A stretch of DNA of 64,000 nucleotides from Camelus dromedarius. Taxonomy: Eukaryota. Positions 1 to 12,800 of the stretch are shown here, one piece after another. The DNA is taken from assembly GCF_036321535.1 (NCBI RefSeq), contig NC_087437.1, positions 111,850,001 to 111,914,000 on the forward strand, given 5' to 3'. The translations under genes were made by a program, and so were the position numbers. The notes beneath the pieces were generated by a model, which saw only the letters and a program-made list of their open reading frames with translations, searched no databases and was not told where the DNA came from. Position 1 is the first letter of the stretch; every line of letters starts with the position of its first letter.

Positions 1-345
1 CAAAATTAAGCTGCCATGTTCTTTTCAAAAACCTATGTTGCATGTACTACTTAGAGTTCACGTTAAACCTACATTTGACTGTAATGCTATTCAAGGAAGA
101 AAAGTTCCCCATTCACCCAATAACCAAGTCCACACTCACGTCTCAACTTTAAGGCAGCGTAGCTACAGTGACAGCAACTGCTAACCAAAAGGTGATGAAT
201 ACTTAGTCACCTGCCAGCCCTTTTTTTGTAACAGTGTAGGAATTTCCCTAAGACAATATGCTACTGAATAGTTTTCTGCTGTTAAAAGGCTTACTCTGTA
301 GAAAAACACCACAAATTTCCAGTGTGAAAGTTAACTCCATGATGG

Positions 346-402
<57 letters not shown>

Positions 403-721
403 TAATTACACAATATACACTGCACACATCGTTTACAGAAAACAATTAACTGAAAGGGTTCATTTGAATGAACATATAAAATACTTCTGTAAACAAAGTA
501 TGACAGGCAGTAAGGAAACCATTCATAGACTTCCTAGAAATAACCCGAATTCCTTTCATTCCAAAGAAATTGCATTTAAGGACACGTATTGAATATTAAT
601 AATGTTCTTTGTATTAAAACAAGAATCAGTATTTTACAGTTTAAGAAACTTTACATATATACAAAATTTGTACATTGGGAATGGTATTAGAGCAAACAGG
701 CTTTTTTTCAGTCTCACAGAT
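1..721 (-). other. PAXBP1: PAXBP1 3' UTR (probably continues beyond the window)
   Basis: AT-rich sequence downstream of the TAG at 722; no minus-strand AATAAA noticed in 1-721. Confidence 0.75.
351..399. repeat. (TA)n microsatellite, about 24 units, in the PAXBP1 3' UTR
   Basis: Uninterrupted tatata run. Confidence 0.97.
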
Positions 722-839
722 CTACTTTCCTTCAATCAAAGACTTAAATTCTTTCACATTGTGGTCACTTGCAACAGACATAGCATGATCCAGAGCTCGA
801 ACACTTGCAAGGAGTTTTACTATCTGCTTTATGTTTTCC
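722..839 (-). CDS. PAXBP1: PAXBP1 exon 18, coding part (118 nt incl. TAG)
   Basis: ttttag|GGAAAACATA (ENIKQIVKLLASVRALDHAMSVASDHNVKEFKSLIEGK*). Confidence 0.96.
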
Positions 840-3800
840 CTAAAAAGGAAAAAATATATAGCAGCATCTCATTAATTAGCACAAAAGCCTTCAAGGAAAA
901 TATCTGTTACTGACTTTATGATCCTTTCTGCACTTGGTAATCAATTTTTCCAAGCACATACTTTCAAAAAAGGGAAACAGAGACAAGCAAGTCACAACGT
1001 GTGAAAAAAACTATCCACATTAAACAAAACTTGCCTATGTTCAAATGACCAACCCAGAAACAGAGGACCCATTTTCAAAAATAAAACCCTAAATTTTCAT
1101 TCAGATACATGATTTTCAATATCTAGAAAGGATAAGAAAATCTATTGCCTAACTGCTTCAGAGCCCTGCCTCCCATTCCTTCCCAGAGTCCTGCCTCCCA
1201 TTCCTTCCCAGAGTCCTAGCTCTTCTAGAATATACCTGGAACACAAATTATATTTGTCTGTATTCATCAAAATCCATTAAGATCCAGTATAATTCCCACT
1301 CCTCCAAAATTCACTAGTAAAGTATAAACTGGCTTCCTTTATCACCCCAGCTAGGAGTCATTCTCAGTAATCCTCAAACTTCACCGCACTTCTGAATTAC
1401 CTAGAGGGGTGTTGAAACACAGACCACCAGGTCCCACCCTCAGAATTCTGTTCGGTAGGTCTGGAGTGGGGCCTGAGAATCTGCATTTCTAACAAAGCTC
1501 CCAGGTGATGCTGATGCTGCCTGCCCAGAAACTACTTTCAGCATTTAGTTTGAACCACTGTGAGAAACCACACACAACGTGACATTATTAGTTGTCTCTT
1601 CTCTACAAAATTGTAGGAAGCACCTTTTAGGGAAGGATTGTAATTTGTAAGACTTTGTAATCCATGTGGAACCTACTTTATGTGCACTGCACAGAGAAGG
1701 TGCTTAACAGCTGCTGAAATTGTTTTCTATAGAAAAGAATTTACTGTTTGTTGATATTTAACTCCCAAACAAAAACACTGTTAAACATATAAACTAAACT
1801 TTAAAAAGTAAATAGGATCTATCTAGTAAGTAAATGGGATCTATCTAGTAAACACCAATATTGAGAATATTAGTGCCGATAAGTAACAACCAGCACCAAA
1901 ATGACACATTAAGGATGAAATAAACATATAACCCAAAATCACCTGCCAAACAATTTTACCACTGAAGGATTTACTATCTACTTGGCTTTTAATTTTATTG
2001 TAAAAGTTAGCAAATTTTCTCTCAAGAAAATAAGGTCCTTTTTTTGTGGAAGGGGAACAAGGAAAAAGAGAGATTTTGTTATAGGGGCATGACTAATGGT
2101 GTGATCTAAGTGAAAATAAAACTGACATAGGAAGAATATATGAAATAAAACTTTCAAAAATAAAATTCTTCTGAATGATACTAGTTGTTATTATTACTAT
2201 TTACTTACTTTTTATGCTAGAGATTTATCCCCAAATTACATGAACATCCAAGACAATGTCCCGAGAAAGGGATAATGGTTTGTTTATTCATTCCTTCCTC
2301 AAAACACTTGATTAAAAAATATGCATGAGCTGCTCCCCAAAAATCATGAGTGATGACCTTTTTAGTCCACAATATGGATACAGAAAACCTCAATGTAGAG
2401 CACAAATGTCCCCAAACTGGGATAGAACCTTCAGTACACTTTAGGTTTCAGTTGCCATCTTTCCTGGGGTTTACATCTGTATAATGAATCTCCAAAGACC
2501 AAGATCCATGACATTCTTCTTCTTCTTTTTTTTTTTTTTTTTTTGAATTTAAATTTTATTCTTTTTTGGAGGGGGGGTAATTAGGTTTTTATGTATTTAT
2601 TTTAGTGAAGGTACTGGGGATTGAATCCAGGACCCTGTGCAAACTAGGCATGCACTCTACCACTAAGCTGTACCCTCCCCTTTCCATGACATTCTAAGAG
2701 CCTAAGATCTTCTCAATTCCTCAAGGGAGGAGACAGAGAAAACAATGATTCATTCATTCCCCTTATGGCTGGTGCTTACCAGAAGTCCTCCCTTAAGACC
2801 TTCATATATAACACATTGAAAAAAGATTAGGTAAAAGCTGCAAAAATGAAGAAATGCATAACTTCGGTAGGTTTATCAATACTAAGTCCTTGTACAGTTT
2901 AAAGTAAAATAGAAACATCTCTACTGAAAACATTTTACTAATACTAAATCTGACAACTAAAGACTCTCGATCACTGTTTCATTCAATAATTATAAATAAT
3001 TACCTTGCATTTCTTTTTTCCACATCAGAGCACCCGATACTGTTTCTGTAAATTGTATCTGCTAAGTGTACAAGGTATCGACAGAAGTTTTCTAACTGAG
3101 AAATAGTTCTTTCTCCTTTCAAATTCATGAACCACTGCTTGGGGAAACAATTGATTACCTATGAAGAAGAAAGATATAAAAGTTAAAAATAAATGAGTGT
3201 CTAAAAGCTGAGTCTAGATAATGGGTATAATCTATTTAACTAAAAGACTTCCTGTTGAGCTATATGTAACTCATTACTTAGAAAGGATTGTCTTTTAAAC
3301 CTGATTTTCTACATAAATTATGCAAATATACCTGAATTTTTAACTTCAACAGATAGGTACTAAAAGCAAAGTATATTTCTCCAATATTTAAGTAAATTAG
3401 GAACAAAAAGTTAATAACCAATTGTTTCATTTTGCAGTCTTCCAAGAAGCCTTAAATGAACTGAACTGTCCTTCATCAGTAGCTTTTGATGTAAAAACAT
3501 GTATAGTATAAATACCAAAGTGCAGCCCCTCCCCATGCTGAACGGTTCAGTCAGTAGGCATCCGTGCTGGCAGTGGGAGCCATGCTAGCCCAGAATGGGG
3601 TAAAGAGAGCATCACACCAGAGGCAGCCTAGGGCAAGAGCCTACGCAGGGGAAACAGAGCATGGTGGCAGCCTGGCATGGGGTACCACAACCCAAGCAAG
3701 GGCAGGCTGGTTCCCACAGGGGAGAAAGCAGTCAGTGGGTAGAGAAGGCTCCTCATCAAAGAACCCAGGGATGTTCGAAGAAATGACTGTTTCCAGAACT

Positions 3801-6800
3801 CGGCCGAGCAAGTACAAAATGGACCTGGAACACTGTGTGCCAGTAAGCAAGAAAGTGCTTCCTCCAAATTAGAGGACATGTCACGAGGTCACAGAAGTCA
3901 ACCTGGAGGGATTCCCACTAATGAAGTCTAGGACAATTCCTGCCAGAGATGCAAAATCTGAATCTAATCATGAGATACTATCAGACAAACCCAAATTGAG
4001 GGACATTCTATCAAATAACTGAACCATGATCTTCAAAAGTGTCAGAGTTATGAAGGTCAAGGAATGAAGAAGTCTTCCAGATTAAAGCAGACTAACAAGA
4101 CACGACAATTAATTGCAAAGGACAATCCTTCCTCTTGCCAATTTCTTTTGGATATTATTGAGACAGCTGATAAAACCTGAAGAGAGGCCTAGGATTAGGT
4201 GTGAGTAATATATAAATGTTTATTTACTGATGTTGATAGTTATATTGTAATCGTGTACAAGAATATCCATGTTTATAGGAAACAGACACAAAAATATTTA
4301 AGGGTAGAGAAGTATCACATCAGACAATTACTCTGACATAGTTTAGGTCAAAAAACTGCACTAGCAAATTTTCTTTAATCATATGACTGCTTAAAAAAAT
4401 TTTTTAAAAAGATCAAACTCATGTATATAAAGTAAAAAAAAATTAACTAAAATTATTTCTTTAATGAGGAGAGACCATTTCTTTAGTAACACTCAAAACA
4501 GCATTCACTCAACTGAAAAAAAAAAATCCCCAAATTAAAACTATTATTAATACCTACAAAAATAAATACTGATATAGATAGATGGATAGAAGAATAAATA
4601 TACACATAAATAACAATATAAATCTTTATTTAAAAAGTGCTAAGGGGGTTTGGAACTACTTGGGAAGCAAGGTGATTGTCAACATTACACCAAGTTCAAT
4701 AATCAAAGGAGTTTTCATAAAATTCTCAAATCTCTTCAAACAAAACTTAATTCATTTTAACTTACATGCTTTAAAAACTACCATAAATCATTTAACTCAC
4801 ATTCTGGGCTTTTTTGATGCTGTCATCTCCATATTCTGAATTCTGAAAAGCCATGAGAATGTATCTATTTAACAAACCGTCTATTGATAACTCCTGAAGA
4901 GTTTTGTTTGAGAAAATGCCATACCATTGGAGAAAATTCCCTAAGAGCTAGAAAGAAAAAAAATTATTTTCCCCAGTTTCACTGACATATAATTGACATG
5001 TTACATTGCATACATTTAAGGTATAAAACATAATGATTTGATACAAGTATATATTGCAAAATGATCACCATAAGTTAACATACCTCACCTTATTTCAGTT
5101 ATAAATCTTTTTTCTATTCTCTTAGCAACTTTCAAATATACAAATATACAATACAGTATTGTTAATTACAGTCATCATGTTGTACATTACATCCGCAGAA
5201 CTTATTTTATCTTAAAACTGGAAGTTTGTACCTTTTGATCCCCTTTACTCAATCTCCCCACCCCTACCGACAACTCCCTACCTGTGGCAACTACAAATCT
5301 GACTCTGTTACTAAAAGTTTGGTTATTGGAGAAGGAAAAAAAAATTAGTGAGAGGCAACGTTAAGCAATTAAATTAAGTACAAAGTAAGTTAGTTACACA
5401 GTAAAACACCTTATGAAATACAGTGGACCATGTCTTGCCCAAGTACTAATAAGCACTTTTAAAAGGTCTGAGTATTTCCCAGAATGACTGAGATCAACTA
5501 AAATTTAAATAGCCATGTGGAACAAGTGGTTACCGTAATAAACAATGCAAATACAGAACATTTTCCATCATAACAGAAAATACTAGTGGTCAAGTGCTGA
5601 TTCTTAGGTAAATGCCCTCCTTGAAAATCATGCCTAAACCAGTCCTATGTGCCCCCGCCCCCAAGAGATGGAAATTCTCTTTGTGACTATCATACTGCAT
5701 GTTTACCAAACCTCTTGATCCTGGGCACTGGAAGCTACTTAAGCTCAAAACATGTAAAATGGAAGCCCCCAGCCCATTCCACCGTAAACATTTTTCAGCT
5801 TCCAGTATTTCTCATCTTAGGAAATGGCAACCCTATCCAACCAATCAGGCTGGAAGCCTGCGTGTCATTTTTAACCTCTTCCACAAGTTCTTGGACCCCA
5901 CCTCCATCCATTCTGTACATTCCTCTCAGTTCCCACTGCCACCCCCTAATCTAAGCTGACATCATCTCTTTATGGACCCTACAGTTACTCAAGTGGTTAC
6001 GAACATGAGCTCTGGTATAGTCTTTCTCAAACAGCATTCTGTGAGAGAACTAAAACCTACAGAAAATGATTTGAGTGACGTCTTAATTTTCCCAAGGGTG
6101 GTACAAGCCAGTACCATTCTAGATGCATACACAATGGAGGCCTTAGGGCATCAGCTATCAAAGAACCCTAGCTGAGAAGAGCTGCTCAAGAGTCAGAGTG
6201 CCCTGAGTTAGACTCCCATCTTTAACACTTAACAAAGGAATGAGCCTGGGCAGGTTATTCTGTGCCTCGCTGTCCCATCAGGAGCTTGAGAAAAACAGTG
6301 TCAAGCTCACAGGGCTGTTGTGAGGATTCAAAAAAGATGATCTATGTAAGAATGTGGTGCGAGGCTTGGCACATAATAAATATGTAAGAAATACTAATTC
6401 CCATTTTCACTATTATTATCTTCACCTATTTCAATCCATTATCTCTACACAGCAGTCAGAATTATCTTTAAAATGGCAATTTTTTCAAGTCACTTTCCTA
6501 CTAAAAACCCTTCCATAACCCATACAGGATCAACTGATTTTCAACAAAAGTACAAAAAACAACTTAATAAAAAAAGGGTAGCCTTTTCAACAAACCATGC
6601 TGGGACAAACAAACTTCAATCCAAGCCTCATGCACTATACAAAATTTAACTCAAAATGTATCATAGACTCACATGTAAAACCTAAAACCATGAAATGTCC
6701 AGAAGAAACAATAAGAGAAAAATTTTGTGGCCTTGTTTTAGGCAAAGATTTCTTAGATATGACAACTAAAGGACAATTCATAACAGGAAAAACTGTTAAG

Positions 6801-9800
6801 TTGGACTTCATCAAAATGAAGAACTTCAACACTTTGAAAGACTATTAAGAGAATGAAGACAAGCCACAGATTGGGGGGGTGGAGGAATGGGGGGCCACAA
6901 CCCTGCAAATCATGTATCTGATCAAGTACTTGTATCAAGAACACAGATTTTGGGGGAGATGATGGAAGCATTATCCAACTTGATCTGGGCAGTGATTACA
7001 TGTCTATATGTAAATTACAGCTCCTGTATCATTTGGACCACTTATCTCTTCCCTAACTCTAGCCATCCTGGACTTTTCTCAGTTCTAGTATGCCCTGCTC
7101 TCCCTCACCCCAGGGTCAACTCTTATTTATTCTTCTAGTCTAATAACCGAAATATCACTTCCTCAGGGTGGACCCACCCATCAAGGTCTCTGTGCCCCTT
7201 GTCATATGCTCCCATACTACTTTGAATTTCTTTATTAAAATTCATCACACCTGAAGATTACTTATTTTCTACCTGTCGATTGTGCTGGATTATAAGCATC
7301 ATGAAGGCTCTACTTCTATCTTATTCAGTGCTACATTTCCCAGCTTAGAAGAGTGCGCAGTACTCTGTTTGCTAAATAAATTAACAATGGTATAGTAGGG
7401 CATTTTGCTGGCCAGGTGGACCTTACTGGAACTCAGGATTCATTTTCTCCTCTGGAAACATCAAACCTGAATAAACTTTCGGAATAAAATCAGTTTATAA
7501 AATGGAGACTTTGTATTTAGATACAGACCTAAGCCTATGAAGTTACTGAACCAAATATTAAAATACTTTTTAAGGTATAATGTATGAAGTCAAACAAAAT
7601 CTGAGGTCTTTTAGTTTAGATAGCCTACAGACACGTACCTTAACTGAAGACCAAAACTGTCGTTGAAAAAACAAATAAGGCCCAGAATTTTTATTTTCCA
7701 AGACACTAAGGAAAAAAGACAAACACATCACAATCAAAAATATTTTATATGTGAAGTGCCATCTGATTGCTAGAACATTTGTACAAGTAAAAAAGGTGAA
7801 CAAAAGAAGTAACTAATTTTTCAAATTTTCAAACAACTATATTCCAGAAGACAATAATTTTATTTTTTGGTTGGGGGAGATAGTTAGGTTTACTTTTCTA
7901 TTTTTGGAGGAGGTACTGGGGATTGAACCCAGGACCTCGTATATGCTAAGCATGTGCTCTACCACTTGGGCTATACCTCCCCACTCCAGAAAATAAATGT
8001 AACGGCAATTTATTCTGAGATACTGAAGGAGAATAAAGGGCATTATTTGCTTTATTCCGCTTGAGGGAACAATTTACCCACTGAACTAGTCTCTTTGGAC
8101 TACAGGTTTACAATACATAAATCAAGTTTGTGTTTCAAGCTATGTTTAGTTGTTTCCGGATTTAAGAAGCCTTTTCTGAAAGATAATGGAAAACGTTACC
8201 ATATTTCATGTTCTCAGGAGTTACTTACTTTTTGGGATATAAGGGCATGAATACATCATCATCTAAAGTTCTCCTCATCCTCAATAAAAGTGCTTTCAGG
8301 TACACCTAAAGGGTTAAAAGTTGAGCATGCATTTTAATAAGGGTTATGACAAAATTTTAAGAAATAAAAATAAGCTATATTCCAAATCATATAATAAACT
8401 GAGTACTCAATTTTGAGTGTACAGTTTCTCAAATTTTTTACTTTCCCCACTGAAGGGTCTAAGGTCTTTAATATTTACTACTCTTAGCTTACCCTTCTTC
8501 AATTACCAAGCAATGAACCCATTTAAAAAGCTTCCAACCCCTTAATCTACTACTATATAAAGACTTAAGATCAAACCTATAATCCTGTTCTTCTCAAAAC
8601 GAGGTCAGTGAAAATAAAACAATGATAAAGAGTACTTGTCCAAGTCTAAATAGCTCATAAGAATGTCCAGTGGGGGATAGTAGCCATTTGAAGCTTGGAA
8701 ACTAGTTATAAAACAATACTTAGTTGTTTTATATGCTATTTAAACGTTTCAGTATTTAAATCATCGTTACCTTTTCTACTAGTTTCACGTTTTCGTTTTT
8801 CCTAAAAAATACAGTTCTTCAAGAGATGTCTGATTACTCTGGTTGAGAATGGGGGTGGGGTGGTGAGGAGGGTGACAACAGTACAAACCAGAGTCTATCA
8901 AGACTAATAGTATCATCCTTACATATAGATATTTTAAAACTAAAAACCATTATCTTAAATTTTATATATTTCACGCTATAAAGGACCAAATGGTCCAAAT
9001 GGGAGAATCAGATTTTCTGGCTGGCTCCGGCATAAGGACATAACCACTCAAATTCTCTCAACTCTTACTCATTTTCAAAAGGAAAGAAGATAAAATAATA
9101 AATGTTTAAAAAATTTTTAAATGTTTCATAGATAATAATTAAATTACCTGTGTATTTTTGTTTTCTGCATTCACTACTGAAGGATATCCATTTATTAATT
9201 TTAGTGTAATTCCAACCATTCTTGAAGTCTGTGTTGTAGAAAAGGGGTCCCACATATTTTCAGCTATCACTATTAAGGAAAAAAAGTAGCACATAGTGAG
9301 ATGCAGAAGAAATCTGCAGCTGACTATATCTAATGTCAAGCAGTCCTCAACTTAGAAATGCCAATCGACGTTTATTTTTTCTTTCTCTAGAGTATAAGCT
9401 TCAGTCTTCTTTGTCCTGCTAACTGTGGGAATGTTGAAGATTAGGCAAATGATGAGAGGGGACAGCCTCCCATTGTTTTCTGGTGCTTGGCGAAAATAAG
9501 ACTGGGGAAAGCAGGATTTCTATATCCTAGGAGGCGATGCCTCCTCCATGAAGAATTTTTAACTGAACTTGAGCTCTGTTTTTAATATTTTAAATAGGTT
9601 CCTATGTCAAAGATTCCTAATCTTTTGTGAGAAATTGATGAAAGTAATAAAACTGCTCCACAGAAAAATGCATATGCTCCCCTGTCCCAAAACTATGTAT
9701 TCAATTTTGCTTCAGGCAGTCCTTAAATGTCTAAAACTTGCCTATGGATCAATTACTGTCCCCAGCTGCAGACCCTCCTGAAGGTGGTCTTCAAATCCCA

Positions 9801-12800
9801 GGTTGAGAAACGTGTACCCTTTAGGTAACTCTGGGCCCGGTGGCAACTTTATTATTTATAATGTAGTTTCTATGAGAAAATACGCTTTGATTAAAAACTC
9901 CTAAAAATAGATTTAAAAACCCAATGTGTTTGAAGATTCAATTCAGTAATCTCTACCTGTTAGTTTAGGAAGAATCACCTTTTCCACAATGGTAGGTAAT
10001 AGTGCAACATCTACATCATCTTTTTCTTGCTCTCGCTCTTCACAGCCATAAAACAGCAAAGATTCAAACCACAGCATATTCTCAAAGTCACGACATTTAG
10101 CCTGGAAAATATTTAAAAGGTTACCCAAACATTTAAAATGGTGGATGTTTCTGCGTCTAGCCATGCAGAGTTAACAGGAACTAGATTTAGCCTTCAGTCG
10201 TAAACTAAAAATGGGATAAAATATTATGAAACATCTATTTTCAAACAATGGACCACTGGCAGTACAGGACTGTGACCCCTGAAAGAAGGGAATGAAATGA
10301 GGTGAGCTCCTGGTCAGGACTGCAGAGCAGGGAAAGGAATTGCAAGCAGGGGGCAGTCTTGCTGACTTGAGAAGAAACTGGAGTTCAGGGAGGCTGAGGC
10401 AGCTGGAAGCTCTGGGGCAGAGGAGGGAGCCACATGCACAAGGTGGAACGGCACAAGGCCTAGCAAAGAGCAATCACCAGGAGCTGTGAGTTGAATGGTT
10501 CCAGACCTTACTTTTTTTTTCCCCCTGTTGCTTCCAGGGTTTCAACCTCAGCCTTCTTTTCATAATAGTTTACATACTGAGCCCAGCCCATCTCATTCAT
10601 GCCCACAGCTCCATCCATATGTTGGTAACTTTCAAAACTGTATCTTAAACATGACCACTAACATGTATATAGACAATTCTAGTTTCCTCCCTTATGTAAC
10701 AGGCAACAGGTCCTACTGATGCTACCTTTTAAATCCATCAGTTTATCTCATTCTCCTGATTTCCATCTCCAGTGACTTAGTTCAGGGCCCCATTTCACAT
10801 GGGCCTCATTGAGCTTTCCCATGAGGCTCTTACAGTTTCTGGGACCAAAGAACCAAATTCTTATTCACTCACATTCATATCTTAGTGTCATTACGTGTAC
10901 TTTTAGTTGATTGAGAAAGACACTGCATATAAATCAGAAAGCAACAGACAGCTCTCCTGAAGAGGGACAGAGCATAAATGTGAATATCATAAGATTATAC
11001 CCAGATATAATCTCTATCAATTATAGCTCCGTGACCTATCTCCCCTGAAAAATACTTTGCTCAAGCTTACATCTCTAGCTTTGAGATTAAAATTACCCAG
11101 GCATCATGGTCTATTGCTTTCTAACAGTGACAGAAGCCACTCACCTCAAGAGGAGTCCAAGTGAGAAGCTGTAGCCTTATGAGGGGATTGAACAACTTTG
11201 GCAAACAAAGACCGATGTAAGCATCCTTGTAGGACATGTAGTATTTTGAACGCCATGCCTCAAACTGGGATTTAATACAATCGATTGAATAGAAACTCTC
11301 AAGGACATCCTCAAAAACCTTGCTGGACTCTTTTGAAATGCGATCTAAAAACAACAACAAAAACCCCCACAGAAAACCGTAACTTAATATGCAGTAGAAA
11401 AAACAGTTTTTTTTCAGTGCTTTCTTTGCAGCTTGCCTAACAATAAAATAGGCTTATTAACAAAGGAATAATTGTTAACTGAAACTGAAAGGATAACCAG
11501 AGGTAAGTTTAGGTTCCAAATGTCTGTCATGAAAACCACAATGCAGGCAGTCTTCGTTTTGTACAGTTTCAATATGTACCATCTTCTGTCAGCACAATTT
11601 AAATAATATCTGTCCCCAACATCTTGGTTCAAATTTCAGTTACCATGGTATAGTAACTGTGAGTAACTGCTTAAAGTACAAACTCTGTATCTAGCTCTTC
11701 AGCTCACAAATCACTGTGTAAATAACAGATGTGTACCATGATCAGTGACCAATCATATCGCTTCTTTCAAAGTATGCTGGTGACTGCAGTAACTGACTTA
11801 GACAAGTATCAGCAATGGATGTTAGCATCTCTAAATGAAAGGTTATCTAATGCCTCATATGACTTCAGAAAGAGAACTCTTTACAATGGAGAGCTTTAGT
11901 CATGACAGCCTACTTCTCAAGATCCATCTTAATATCACCAATAGTGGGACGATCTAACATTTGCTCTCTGTATTATGCAATAAGAAACAGCATCTTTTAT
12001 GAAGTATTCTCACCTAAAAAAGTTTAATCTGAATCTTATCAAGACTTCAGACCTAAATCCCAGTTTACAAGAAGTACAGTGAATGGAAGAACAAGTTAAT
12101 ACCATGAGGAAACAGACAAATCTAGAATGTAGGATTTTCTTCAAGACAAATGACCTGGTCTCTTCAGAAAGTTAATGTCTTAAACAAATACATACTAGGG
12201 GTGTATGTATGTGTAAGTATGTGTGATATTCATTAATTTTAGATAAAAAGATGTAACAACCAAATGCAAGGCAGGAATCTTGTATGGGTCCAGGTTTGGA
12301 AAAAACAGAATAACCACAAGAACAGTCCCAAGAGTTTTTGTGGGGCTGCTACTGAGGAAAATTAAATACAGACATGGTATTAAGAAATTTTAGTTAATTT
12401 TCTCAGGTGTGATAGTGGTGTTGCAATTAGGTAGAAAAGCATCCTTATTTTTAGGAGACACATGCTAAAGTGTTTAGAGGGAAGTGCTATGATGTTTTTA
12501 AGTCACTCTCAAATGGTTCAGCAAAACACACATATCCCTACATAGAGAGTTAAAGCAAACTTGGTTAAATGATGGTAAGAACTGTTGAATTTGGATGACA
12601 GGTATACAAGTTATCAGTGTGTCATTCTTTCCAATTTCCTATGTTTGGAAATACATGTAGAAATATACTATAAAAAAGGGGGGGGGGGGGATAAGCTTCT
12701 CCAACTAAGTTCCAAAGGGCCTGCACGTAATATAACTCCAAATAATTATAGCCATTGGTGGGAAATGAAGACTTTTCTTTGGAGATCCTTCTGAAAATGC

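Noticed and set aside
7163..7248. Box C (GTGATGA) to box D (CTGA) spacing on the minus strand in intron 15, suggesting a C/D snoRNA
   Set aside because: Lies in L2-like repeat sequence, has only a weak terminal stem, and shows no evident rRNA/snRNA guide; such short motifs arise by chance.
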